Shown here: one piece after another, positions 13,250 to 25,231 of the stretch
How the letters are laid out: the number at the start of each line of letters is the position of its first letter
Numbering within the stretch: the first letter of the stretch is position 1
Program-made: the position numbers and the translations under genes
Notes under the pieces: model-generated
Told to the model about the DNA's origin: nothing
Database searches by the model: none
What the model saw: the letters and a program-made list of their open reading frames with translations, nothing else
DNA from: Epiperipatus broadwayi
Taxonomy: Eukaryota > Animalia > Onychophora
Reading direction: 5' to 3'
DNA length: 64,000 bases
NCBI GenBank assembly: GCA_028023455.1
Contig: JAQFVV010000001.1
Coordinates: 3,410,001 to 3,474,000, forward strand

Positions 13250-15560
13250 ACCATCTAAATTTGCCTTTTTAAAAAATTACCAACATATTTAAATTGGATA
13301 ATATTCTCAAACTGATAACCACTCAAGCTAAAAGTAGCTGAAGAATTTTCTTTCATGACTATCTAATAAGGGATTTGAATTTTTTGGACATTAATTACTA
13401 AACCAAACTGTATATCACCTTCACAAGATTAACTATCTTTTGCCATGCCAAAATACAGAAGCCATGAAGATGCAGTTCTTATTTTTTCTTTAAATCAATT
13501 CAAATTAAAAATTTTACCAATAAACCTGTATCTTATCTTGATCTTTGACTCATTAAGCTACTTATAAACACTTTCAAAAACCAATCATAAAAATCAATAC
13601 AAAATTAGAGTTAGTAAACACCTTTGTTTAACATTAGTTTTTACTTTAAATGCTTCCCATTTTCCACATATAGTAATAATAATTCCTCTCATTCCATCAT
13701 GTAGATGTATAATAAGTTAAATTTTAATGGATAACTAAGTAATTTTTAATAATGCCATGGATTTGATCAAACCAATAAAAGCAATCTATAAATTAGTTTT
13801 TTCTCCAACCCTTTTCTTACATTTGTTTGGCAACAAAACCATGGCTATATTTCTTCTTGATTTATTAAAATCACATTAAGTCTATTAAAATCATGTATTT
13901 ACAAGTAATATATTCAACAAATCTTTGTAAGTACATTGGTTGTGGTAAATATTTATGATGTTGTATGATAATTATTGTAGTCTAGTCTTATCTATTCTTT
14001 TTATTTTTATAAACTGGAAAAACAAAATCATTATTAAGATGAAGTGAAACAAATTTTTTGTTTCCATATATTTATAATAGTTTTGAAGTGATTAATTACA
14101 TCATGATCATATTTCAAACTTTATTTAGGTATCTTATTAGAATCTGCAGCCTTTCCATTTTTAAGATTACAAAAAGTTGTTTTAACTTCCTAAGTCAGAT
14201 ATCTTTGTTCAAATCTAAGTGAGAAGATAGAAGAGATATATCATTAAAAGTCATCATATCACTTTTCGTATTCATATTCAAAAGATGATTTAAATAATTC
14301 CTCTACTTGTGCCATTGATAGATTTAATAGAATTATATAATTTTCAGGTTCATAAATTCCCTTTAATGCATCAAAATGTAATATCCACTATTTGTGAATG
14401 TCCTAATCACTTTTAATCAACTAATCATTTTTAGCCTTTTTGTCAATAGATGAATTTCTACCTTTAATTTTTTATATTGGTTATAAAGCTTCATATTCAA
14501 TTTTATTATTCTGCCAAACAAAAAATGCCATGTTTATTTTTAATCCAATCACAAATAACTAGTCACAATTCTTTTTTTCAATAAACTCAAGAATAGATTT
14601 ACTTGTATCCATAACATATTTTTAAAGAGAATTTCATGTTCCAGAAACATGATAATCCTGAAAATTGAAATTAGCAATTTTACTGTTTAATAGCCGTTGA
14701 AAATTTATCACAATATAGTAAGTACTTCTAAAGGAAAAAAACATTAAATTTCCTACAATTATTATTGAAGTACAATCCATTTTTTTAAATGCAGCTATCA
14801 TTTTAACCTTAGAATATATTAGTCTATGATCTATCCATAATCTGCAAAGATGTTATCTAATTATAAGATTCCATTGTCTTGAGCATGGATGCATCCAAAT
14901 CCCTTTATAGGATTTTTTTAAACAATGTGTTTGAAATAGTTAATGTACATGTTGTATAAAAATTCACTAATAGCAGACCATTTGAACCAAATGCCAACAC
15001 CATTATTTTCAACAACTTTTGGCCAAAGATTATTATTCCTACCAATTTCATTTAATATCAGCGGGATAATAATGCTATTCAGCAAGAGAAAAAAAATCTT
15101 TCTGTGAACTCTCTCAATTTAACAATGGAATAGTGTACAAATAAAATGGGCACTGGTTTTAGTATGTAAATAACATTTTAATACTATTGATACATTTAGC
15201 AATTTAAAAGTAAGATACTAAATTAGATCTTTTAGCAAATCTAATATCATGTGGACTCTTTTTACTGATTGATCAGCCCTTTGTAAAAAAAAAAAAATCT
15301 TGAAACCTCTAACCGTTATAAGTTTACTAATTGCAATAAAAATCTTAAATGTTAATAGATCTTTTACTGTGAATAACGTCATTTGTTCAGGCCATAAAGT
15401 TTTTGCATCAAATAAAATTCACAATCATATATTTTATATACCTACATTATTAAAAAAAAATAGAATTATTACTTTCTGCTTTATAACCATTAATATAATT
15501 CTGCCATTTAATGATTGATTCACCAGGTGCAAGAATCAGGCCAGTTTGTGTGAGATAGGC
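13250..15560 (-). mobile_element. Heavily decayed RTE-BovB-like LINE remnant
   Basis: The minus strand reads WMHPCSRQWNL (~14865-14897; cf. TWMHPRSKxWHLIDY), a GxGxxxSNGLLL-like segment (~14965-15000) and VKTNVKQ(G)C (~13620-13655). No open frame remains. Confidence 0.55.
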
Positions 15561-17285
15561 TATCTTTAGACCTCTTCTATTAGATCACTTCTATTTCTGT
15601 GAAAGACAGGGGAGATCCCTATGTAGGACTTTCTAGTTCACAATTTTTATCAAGTTGAAACTTCTATACCAAATCCAAATCTAAATAATTGTAGTACCTT
15701 GATCAAAGCCTCAACTAAGAATTTTCAATTTATTAAACCTGTACCCATTATTGTTTTCATAGCAATGAGAGATTTTGCTAAAAAGAAAGAAAGAAAAAAG
15801 CAATTGAAATTAGAAATTGCTGCTGTGTGTACTTAAAGGATAGAAAAGGGATTGCACAACCACACACTCCAGATATCATAATTAGTATAGCATGAGAGGC
15901 TCAAAAGAGCAAGCATTACTCAAGTGACTGAAAGTAAAACAGCACCTGGCTTTTGATGAATCAACATTTTATCCTATAAGATAGCAGGAGGTATTCTTAA
16001 TGAGATGCTACGAATTAATTTTTCACAGTTAATCCTAATATCTGAAAGTCATTTCATTATTCACTACTAGTGTCCCTGTCATTAACGAAGTATAACATAT
16101 GATAAAAATAATGTATGTCATCACTATGGATTATTAGGGGATCACCCATTCAAGTATTAAATAAGTATCCCTAATAATTATTTATAAAATGTAAAAAAAA
16201 AAAGTGAATAAAAAAAATCAATTATTAAAAATAGAATTTATAAATTATGATATAAATTTATCGTTTTTTAGTTAAATTTGCCAAAAAAAAATTAATTACA
16301 GACTCAAAGAATTAGTAGAAATTGTAGGAATTTTTCGTTATGTTTATTGAATCAATATATGATTAATACAATCTATTAAATCATAGCTATATGAACATTA
16401 CTTTGTGATTTAATAAAGCAAATCAGTTGAAACAATCAATACTTGGTTTACGCAATAGAATGGCTTATTGGCTATTTTAAAGATTTTTCAATTAAATTCC
16501 TATTAGACAGCAGTGTGCATGTATGTTGGAAAGACTTCAACCATTTGTCTTGAGAAGATCTCACCCAAAAACAATATAATTAGATAAATAAGTTATCAAA
16601 GCACTGAGAGATGAAAATCTTTCAGTTTTTTATTTTTTTTAAATCTAGTTTTTTTCTCTCTCATTTTAATAAATCCTTCATTCATTTTACACGTGATTTT
16701 TTTAAAGATTTTTTTTTATTTTTTTATAATCTTCTGAGATCCAGTTATCATATTTTCTAGCAATAGATCTCATCTAATTCTATTTCAGTTTTTTAAATTC
16801 TTTTAATAATGTTCATTTGATCTCTTATATCACATTCCCGATATTTCTTCGTTATTCTCAAGATGTATCTGTCCATACTTTATTCTGTGGTTTAAAGTAT
16901 CAATATTGCTTTTAAGTGTTCCAAGCAAGCACTAATAAAATATTAAAAACTTTCCATTTCAAACACCTAAGCATATTTTGTTTTGATATCAAGTAATTTT
17001 TTATCTAAAACACTATCCAAATTTAATTCAGTGATCAAACTAATATATTTATACTTAAATTTTCCTAATTTATTACTATAAATCTTTATTGTCTCCTTTT
17101 TTGAAATTATTGCATATTTATCGTTATTCTAACTTGTTCATTTTCTTTTATAACTCTTGAAACATTTCCTGAATCTGAAGCATTATTTGAAAGGGGGAAA
17201 ATACAACCACAATATATGTAAAATCTGGATGATTGTGTAATTTTCATTTATTTTTTCATTCTTATAATTTATTTTAATCTGAAAA

Positions 17286-17971
17286 TTAAAACAGGCAAAA
17301 CTCACTATATATATTGCCACACACAGCAAGCTAGAGTAATAAATGGATGTCAGAAGGCTTGTTCATAAAATCCCCATCTAGTGCCTACTCATTCAATATC
17401 ATGAGACTAGTTTCTGGCTTATGGCCTTCGTCAGTGGGGAGCCTTGGATCTGAGAGCACTGCGTCTAGATCTTAGGATCTAATGCAACCCTCCAGCAACC
17501 ACCTTTTATCTCCATTTAACTTCAAAACTATGAGTCTTAAACTGAAAACATTTTAATGTTTTCAATCCAAGCCAGAACCAAAGACACCAACATGTGTGGG
17601 TACTGAACTGGGTTCAGACCCATATGGCTATATAAGCTAATGGGCTTGTATTAAAAACATTAAAGTGTCTTTCAGTTTAAAACTCATAAATTTTGTAGTT
17701 AAATGGAGATAAAAGGTGGTTGCTGGAGGTTTGCATTAGATCCTAAGATCTAGGTGCAGTGCTCTCAGATTCAAGGCTCCTAACTGATGAAGGCCATAAG
17801 CCAGAAACTAGTCTGGGGATATTGGATGAGTAGACACTAAATGAGAATTTTATGCATAAGCCTTCTGGCATCCATTGATTACTCTAGCTTGCTGTGTGTA
17901 GTGAGTTTTGCCTGTTTTAACAACAGTTATACACAATCATAAGAGGTGGTGGTCATGTGATGTTTATTGGC
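17286..17971 (+). mobile_element. Family A non-autonomous hairpin+tail HHR element (longest copy)
   Basis: Inverted arms of ~270 bp (from TTAAAACAGGCAAAACTCACT to AGTGAGTTTTGCCTGTTTTAA at 17920), tail at 17921-17971, TSD TTAATCTGAA(A/C)ATT at 17274-17287 and 17972-17985. HHR motifs in both arms. No ORF. Confidence 0.88.
17778..17819 (+). ncRNA. Family A minimal type-I hammerhead motif
   Basis: TCCTAA-CTGATGA-A-GGC(CATAA)GCC-A-GAAAC-TA-GTC^TGGGGA, with palindromic ACTAGT in stem III. The mirror copy at ~17399-17440 (-) has TCCCCA-CTGACGA, so the consensus stem I is TCCCCA/TGGGGA. Confidence 0.7.
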
Positions 17972-20412
17972 TTAATCTGAACATTACTTTCCATACAACT
18001 TCTGTTAAATGTTTTGAAGATATGGAATCATCATATCTAACATTCTATAACTGTTAATCTTCTTAGTACCACCATGTAATCTAATTACCTGCTATTGCAT
18101 TTTAATAAATATCAGCATCTTTATTTTGATGTTTCAGTTTTAATTTCTGCAGAATATTTTATATAGACAAATGCTTTTTCATAATCTACCAATCCACTCA
18201 TACTTATTGGTTCTTTCAATAACTTCTTTAATATATTGTATTGTGACCGATTTTCAAATCCAATTTTTTTTATTTGAATCTAACAATCTCTGCAGATGAA
18301 TTGTAATGATCTTGTAAAGATTTTGTATAAAACTGATGGAAAACTAATAGATTTATAATTTCTAATGTCTATTTTTTCATCTTTTTAAAATATTCATATT
18401 AATCTCATATTCTTCAATTCATGGCTTTTTTTGTTACGTAACATGGCCTTTGGCACCTTTTTTGGTGTACTTTTAATACTTCAAATGTAATTAAATGAAT
18501 TAGTATCACACATTCACAATTATCCATATTTATATAATTCAAATAAAAAAAAAGGGTATTTTATGAATCAAATGAAATATGGATGGATTCAAAATTGGTG
18601 CATGTAGTGAGAAGTGGACTCTTCCACGTCCCCATTGGTCACTCATGACCAATGACCGATTACAGTGATACATGTGCAGCCAATATCATCTGACATTTGT
18701 GATTGAATGCATCTGCATAGCAATTGACAATGTGTGGAATATTTAATTTCTTTATTTTTATGTAAATTTGATGTTGTTATTTTTATCTTATTTATTTTTT
18801 AATGCAAAAGTTTACCCCAAGTTTAAAAATGAAAGACATTTCCAGTTACTTCTTGACCATCAGTCCCACTAATAAAACGTCCAAAATGACAGAAAATATG
18901 GAAATATTGGTGCAAGTTGATGTTTCTGAATCATCTCAAGTGGAGAACATCATTCGGCCATAGACACAAACACTAAGAAAATGAATTGAGATAATTTGTC
19001 AGCCGAGAATTGGACAAAATTTTGGAAATCACTATAAATTTTTTATCCAATTATACAAAGTTTTACAATTTTATTTTACATTTAGTTATTAGTTGTATAT
19101 TTGTATTTAACTTTAAATTTGACATGTCTAAAATAAAAAAAATTATGATAAATTTTATTTAAATTTTTTTTATTTGCTTCATAGCATTGGAAAAGCTGCT
19201 TTAAATTTCATTTAAATGATATTTGAATATAATTTTCTTTAGTAAAAAGCTTGACAATAAATGAGTTCCTGTATCTTTTTTATTAAAAAAAAGGCCTGCT
19301 TCAATAATTTGGCACATCTTTATGATTTATATATTTAGTATATAACTTTTCCAACAGACTCTATTTCTTCAACTGCCTTTTTTTTTAAAGATATCATAAT
19401 TCCATCACTTCCAGTAGCACTTTGTAAAATTTAATTACATAACTTCTTCTTTTAAAATATTTGACATCCCCAAAACATTATTGTAATCTTAGGAGCTACT
19501 TCATTTTGTTATCTTTTATTACTATTTAATTCTTTGTAGAACTGTTTTTTGTACTTCATTTTTCCTTTTAGTAATAATGCCACTTTTTATTGTTGAAACA
19601 ATTTTTCTTTCAATCCCACAATGCTGTTTATATTTTTGTGACTTATGTTTTCTTCTATAGCTATATTCTCTTCTATAGTTATCTTTTGTAGTTATAGCTT
19701 CATATGTCATCAATAACTTTTTTTATACCATTTTACAGAATTCTAAATATTCTGTTCTTTAAAATTGACCATTTAAAAATATTTTCATATTTCTTTTTGC
19801 ATCATATATTGTTTTGTCTCAGATGTAAAACTATTAATGAATTGTTACTTTTTTGTACCATATATTTGTCCTACAATTCATAATAGTATCAGTCAGTTAT
19901 CTTCTAGCTTAAATTCATTGGAGTTTATCTGAATTCTTTTAATTTGTGTGTATATGCAAAAAGGAAAATCAGAATCATTGTGTGTGTAATTAAAATATGA
20001 AAGTGTGATTGCGCAAACACAGAATTCTGCTATCACAAGTAATAAAAGATGACCAATGGCCTGACAGGCTCATGTTGACTATCCTATACTAAATTATGTG
20101 ACTGAAGACTAAAAAAAGATAATTCAAACATAATCTTTATTTCTGAAAGTCATTCCACTAACTGCAATTTGACAGTCTATCGATAGCATTAGTACAGTGT
20201 ATTATTATTTGTGTCTTTCTATATATTTTTTCTTCTTCTTGGAATGATTATACTCATTTGAAAGAGGCTTCTGGCAATGATGGCACATACAAATAATTTT
20301 GAATATGTTAGTAGTCTTTTAATAAAATCTAATTTAAAAAAAAGTATTAATAGTGTTATTTGTTTATCTAGACCGATTTACTTTTATTATGAAATGTATA
20401 TTAATATATAGT

Positions 20413-20781
20413 CAAAATAAGAGTCATATATCACATGACCCTATCTCTTAAGCTTGTAAGTTATAAACAATGAGGATTGCCAATTCCTCTACAAGCTATA
20501 TGATAAATGCTTAGCCAGAGCCAGCACTTAAAATATATCTGTCAGGAATCCTCCCCTCCCAAACCCCTGACCATGGTTTCATGCTTTGGCACTCCTCAGA
20601 GAGGTGTCATGGTAGGTTAAGACCCTAGATCTAAAAATACCAACCCAAAGCCAAGCACTTATCTAAAAGTTATCTATTGAGTGCAAAAACCATGGTCAGG
20701 GGTTTGGAGAGGGGTTCCGGACAGAGATATTTTAAGTGCTGGCTCTGGCTAAGCATTTATCATATAGCTTGTAGAGGAATT
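20413..20781 (-). mobile_element. Family C hairpin+tail HHR element
   Basis: Tail at 20413-20480, inverted arms at ~20481-20580 and ~20685-20782, perfect 18-bp TSD TGTATATTAATATATAGT (20395-20412, 20781-20798). Confidence 0.88.
20563..20605 (-). ncRNA. Canonical type-I hammerhead ribozyme (family C)
   Basis: The minus strand reads ACCTCT-CTGAGGA-GTGC(CAAA)GCAT-GAAAC-CATG-GTC^AGGGGT. The core nucleotides are intact, stem I has 6 bp, stem II 4 bp, stem III is the palindrome ACCATGGT, and the triplet is GUC (cleavage between 20569 and 20568). Confidence 0.88.
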
Positions 20782-21899
20782 GTATATTAATATATAGTTC
20801 TAATTTCTGTTTAATGATAAATATAATTTAAAAAGTTATCGTTTCTTAAAAGACTGAATAAAAATTACAGTGCTATTTTTATCTCCAAAGCATATTTTTG
20901 GAGTTTACAATAAATATAGCTGCTATTTTTGGAAAAATACTGATATGTCTTCTAGCATTACAAGCAGTAATTTTTATTTTTAAAAATTGCACTGTAGTTA
21001 AAAATTTTCCTATAATAGCTATGGTTCAGTAATTTTCCCCATTGAATAAATACAGAAAGATTATTACAAATAATATATATTTAATTATTTTCATGATGTC
21101 AGAGAATAAAAACATGTAAATATGATTTACTAAACTACTTTATTAAAAAAGATAAGTCAGAGGTTCAACACATATATAGATTTATGTCATTTGCTTTAAT
21201 AATGATGAATATAATGTTTTTGTTTTAAAGTCATTAACACCTGAACAATTCAGATTATTTTGGAAGCTTAATTTTCTAGAAGCAATTTGAATCTCATCAA
21301 CAGATTTGGAACAACACCTACGTATGGTTATTGAGCTTATCTATTTTATAAATGGAATTAAAGAGCCACTAATCTATGTAAATGGAGATAAATACAAACC
21401 ACGAATCACATAATTAAGGACTGTCAACTTTATGGCTACAGTGATGGAAAAGGACTTAGTAAATCACCAGATAATCTATTTTCTTACTAGAGTCTTTTCA
21501 GATTCTTTTATATTTTGTTACAAAAAAAAATATCCCTATGGTAAATAAAAATAATAATAAAAGCCAATTACTTGAATTTACTTAAAAAAAAACAACAACA
21601 GGTTGGAATTAAAGATACTTTTTAAATATATGCTGATAACTTTAAGAAAGTTTATTTGATGATTAGTTATTAAGTTGACAATTTTTCATAAATAATAAAA
21701 TATCTTAATTCGACGTCATTGATGTGAGGAATCTTAATCATGTCTCAGTCAAAAAGTTTTCTTCAGATTTTGTCAGAAATTAATATATATATAGGTGCAC
21801 AAATATATAAGCTCTCTAAAAACATATATATTTTGGGTTTTTTTTTTTAAAAAATTCATTGAAGTTATAAATCCTTAAATTATTTTGTGCATTGCCTAT

Positions 21900-24800
21900 T
21901 ACTAATATGTGCGTTGTTAGTCAAATTAGATGAGTCGTTTTTAACGAAACATTAGGACAGATTCAAATCAGAAGAAAATGCAGATCATTCTAACATTCGT
22001 TATTACCTTAGCAACAAACCCATATCAATCAATCTTTAAAAATGATGTATTTATTAAGATTTCTTATATATTCACAGAAGCAGCATCGTGCTTGGCTTGA
22101 AAAATATAAAAGGGATTCCATCTACCATCCTTTAGTCTGTATTTATCAGTGTGTGTTTCAAATATATCTACATACAAGTTAGCGTATACTTTAAACAAAT
22201 TCGAAAAAAAAACAAAAAAAACAGGCTTAATTGCAAATGTTAAAAATATAGAGGTTTGCAAAAGTATTATTCTATTTTCTTATTTTATTTTAAAAAAAAA
22301 TAAAATAAAATGGAGAAAAAAAACCGATTTCATCGAATAGCATTTCATGGACAGCAAAATCTATATTATCGACAATATTCGTTTACAATAATTTGCTTGA
22401 ACTAGTTGCTTAGAATAGGTCGCGTGAAGACATTACGCTGATCATCCATCAGTGATAAATGTAGACGTTAATCAATCATAATTTTTATGGCCCGGGGCCA
22501 TAAGATTAATAGGAAAAGTAGCTGTTTACTTGTATATCATATGGTATTATTTTTTAAAATATCTATAAAAATATAGATTTTAATGTTTATTATTAGATAG
22601 AAATAGTTTCCATATAATACAAATTTACTATTAAAATAAGAAAAGTTGTGATTAAGTTCAAATTCAATAGTAAAAAGAATTTTATGACGTCAAGTTACAC
22701 CTGAATGATTTTCTTAGAAGTTGCTTACCTGAAACTTTAATTTTAAGTGACGTCAGATATTAATTTAAGTTTAAAAATAAGTATTAAAATATTTCATAAA
22801 TTTTATAGTTCAAACTTAAAATAATTAAAAATTAAATTTAACAATGCTTATAATTGTTCCGGGTCATCTTTACAAGATTCATTCAACTCCGGAAGTAAAG
22901 ATTTTGCAATATTTGTCAAATTCTTAAATCCTATTTGTTTTCCATCTTATTCATTCATAAATTTTCTTTTAACCAATCATCATTTTCAATTAACCTGTCA
23001 AAATAGTTATGGACAAGTAGGCGGTGTTAAAATACCAAATTTGGAGTTCTGGTATGCATAAATTTACTAATGAAAGCAGCCTTGCTTCATCGAATTGACA
23101 GTTCATTCATAAATCGTTTGGCAAATAGCTAAGGGTTATTATACAAGGCAGTAGTTGGATGTGGTGCAAGCTATCGCTAGGAATCGATCAGTAGCGCGTG
23201 TAGGGCGCCCAAAAGTCTTTAGTAAATGCTGTTGATAATCTCGAACGATAGCATGACAGACAGTTTATACGTTATGTCTCAAGACAACGAGGTTTTTGCC
23301 GAGGATGATCAAATAGTACCCGAATGTTCGCTCCCGCCAAAAGCTGACGACATTCTACCAGCCGGAGCGTGGCAGGTTGGTATCGGTTTACATTGGTCTC
23401 TAAAATATTTTAAGATATCAATTTATCATTTTTTCTCATAACTCTTCGAAATTGTATTTATTATTTTTAATAAGTGAACTTATTTGTTATAATTATTCAC
23501 ATGAATAAGCTTGTAAAAGTTTTATTAAACTATTTTAAGTATTTGCTGGACACTGCCCAGGCTCCATGTTGATACTGAGAGGCCATTGAACGTTATTGTT
23601 GAATTTATATGCTTATCCATCCATCTTTTTCTACAAGTTTTAAATTGCAGAACCTTCGGAAACAAAATATGGACTTTGAACTATTATTGCTTTCCTGTTA
23701 GTAGTACTGTATTACGTTCATCGAAACACACTTCCAGGAAAATAAAACATTTGTTTTCGTTCTTGAAAGACCTTAACGTAAAAGTGCGTAGAAAGAATTT
23801 CCTGCATTAAAAATTGTTTCCCCTTATTATTTTTGAAATTGAAAGTAAATTGATTTTTAAAAAAAAAATGTATTTTTAAAAAGTATCAAATAGTAAATTT
23901 ATATTAACATGTATTTTTCACGCCCCCCCCCCTCCCAATCTTATCTTTTCATTATCATTACAGTTTACTGTTGCAGTAGCGCTTTATTGAATCAATTTAT
24001 GTCGGCGATTTGATAAAAAATAAAGTTACGTCAAATATTTTTTTTTTAAAAAAAATCCTTTTTTATATTTTCATTCCATGTCTAATTGGAAATTCGACAT
24101 TTTCTTGGTGATTTGAGCTGATTAAGGCTAACGTAAATGCAGAGATCCTTTTTTTTTTTTTTTTTTTAAAAAAAAAATCATTTACGAAGCTTGTTGGAGT
24201 ACTGTGATTTTTTCCCAGCGTTGTGAGCCTGTTGGCCACCTATTAACTAAATGCGAATTTACATGCGATGCCAAGCATGAAAAAACAGCGCGTTGGAGAA
24301 GAGCAGCCATTTCTAAAACTTAACGAACAACTAGCACTTTTTAATAGCTATTTTTATTTCATAGTACGAAAAAAGTCGAGCTTTTTTTTAAAAAAAAGAA
24401 AAGAAGAAAATGGTGAAGACAACTCTATCTTCTGTTTGCTTATTCATTTATTTAATTTCATCATTTACATTTAGTTTTTTCTCCACTTTTTATATAAGAA
24501 TTAAGTAAAGAATAATGTGCGGAGGGAAAATGGATGGGGGGAGGGAGGCAGCCTAAAGGACTTGAATTGCAAAATTACCATCAATCTTAAATACAGCCTT
24601 AGGCCAAACTGTTTCTCTGACAAGACTCCATTTACTGGCAACTGATTTGGAAACGACCCAAACAACCCCAGAGCAAGATTTATATATTGGCTTTACTTAA
24701 AAAAAAATTACAGTAATAGCTTTTTTTTTTTAAACACTTGTTAGAACTAAAGGAATGTGCTTTATTTAAATGTTTATGTAAACTATATAGACTATATGTG

Positions 24801-25150
24801 TATGTTAGTATACAAATTCTATGGAAAACTTTTTTGCGCCTCAAAGTAAATGTTATTAAAAATGAATCTTTATAATTGTAGTGAAAATAAAACTTGCATT
24901 TTATTATTATAATCTGTTTTATGTGTGTATTATACTCTATATATTTTATTTGATATCTAATCATGTTTGATAATAAAGGAAAAAAAATTAAATACTTTTT
25001 AAATTCACAAAACGCAAATCATTTGAGCGAGAGAAAAAATGGATTTAGAATCATTTGGATAACTTTGATCCTCAGTTGTCCGATTAAACGTGTGTTGAAT
25101 ATGTATGTGTATGCCTTTGTGCGAAATCTTATAATATTTAAGTTGATTAA
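21900..25150 (+). promoter_or_regulatory. CpG-retaining promoter/intron-1 regulatory domain of the KLF gene
   Basis: CpGs are visibly abundant here and scarce elsewhere in the window. Perfect CRE TGACGTCA at 22685-22692 and 22748-22755, CGACGTCA at 21711-21718, ETS CCGGAAGT at 22889-22896, NF-Y-type AACCAATCA at 22971-22979, and an Inr-like TCATTC at 23103-23108. GC/KLF-like tracts occur at ~23921 and ~24536. Confidence 0.6.
23226..23375 (+). CDS. KLF5: KLF5-like transcription factor, coding exon 1 (MLLIISNDSM...ILPAGAWQ)
   Basis: ATG at 23226 with 50 open codons, then CAG|GTTGGT donor (phase 0). Joins in frame to exon 2 to give AWQ|NKNELDKYL, like the N-terminal WQ..ELE/D(R/K)YL junction of KLF5/6/7. 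The region is CpG-rich. The true start could be a downstream Met (MTDS, MSQD). Confidence 0.75.
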
Positions 25151-25231
25151 TTTTAACAAGTAGATAAATTATTTAATTTATAACCTTAAATTTTATTGAC
25201 AATTTAGTTAATATGTTTTTTCTTTTTTAAG

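Larger units (their letters stand above)
16620..19950 (-). mobile_element. Older RTE LINE copy 3, interrupted by two insertions
   Basis: The minus strand gives degenerate VIERTNKYE..VDYEKAF (~18170-18220), NYKSISFPSVLYKIFT (~18310-18360), KATGSDG (~19405-19425) and QHCGIERK..SGIITK (ORF 19522-19713). It aligns by eye to copy 2 on both sides of inserts at 17286-17971 and ~18480-19290. Confidence 0.75.

Noticed and set aside
17286-17971. Family A as a Tc1/Mutator MITE or Helentron/DINE
   Set aside because: TSD length varies (12-18 bp), one end carries a variable unpaired tail, and the arms contain HHR motifs. This fits retrotransposition, not cut-and-paste or rolling-circle transposition.
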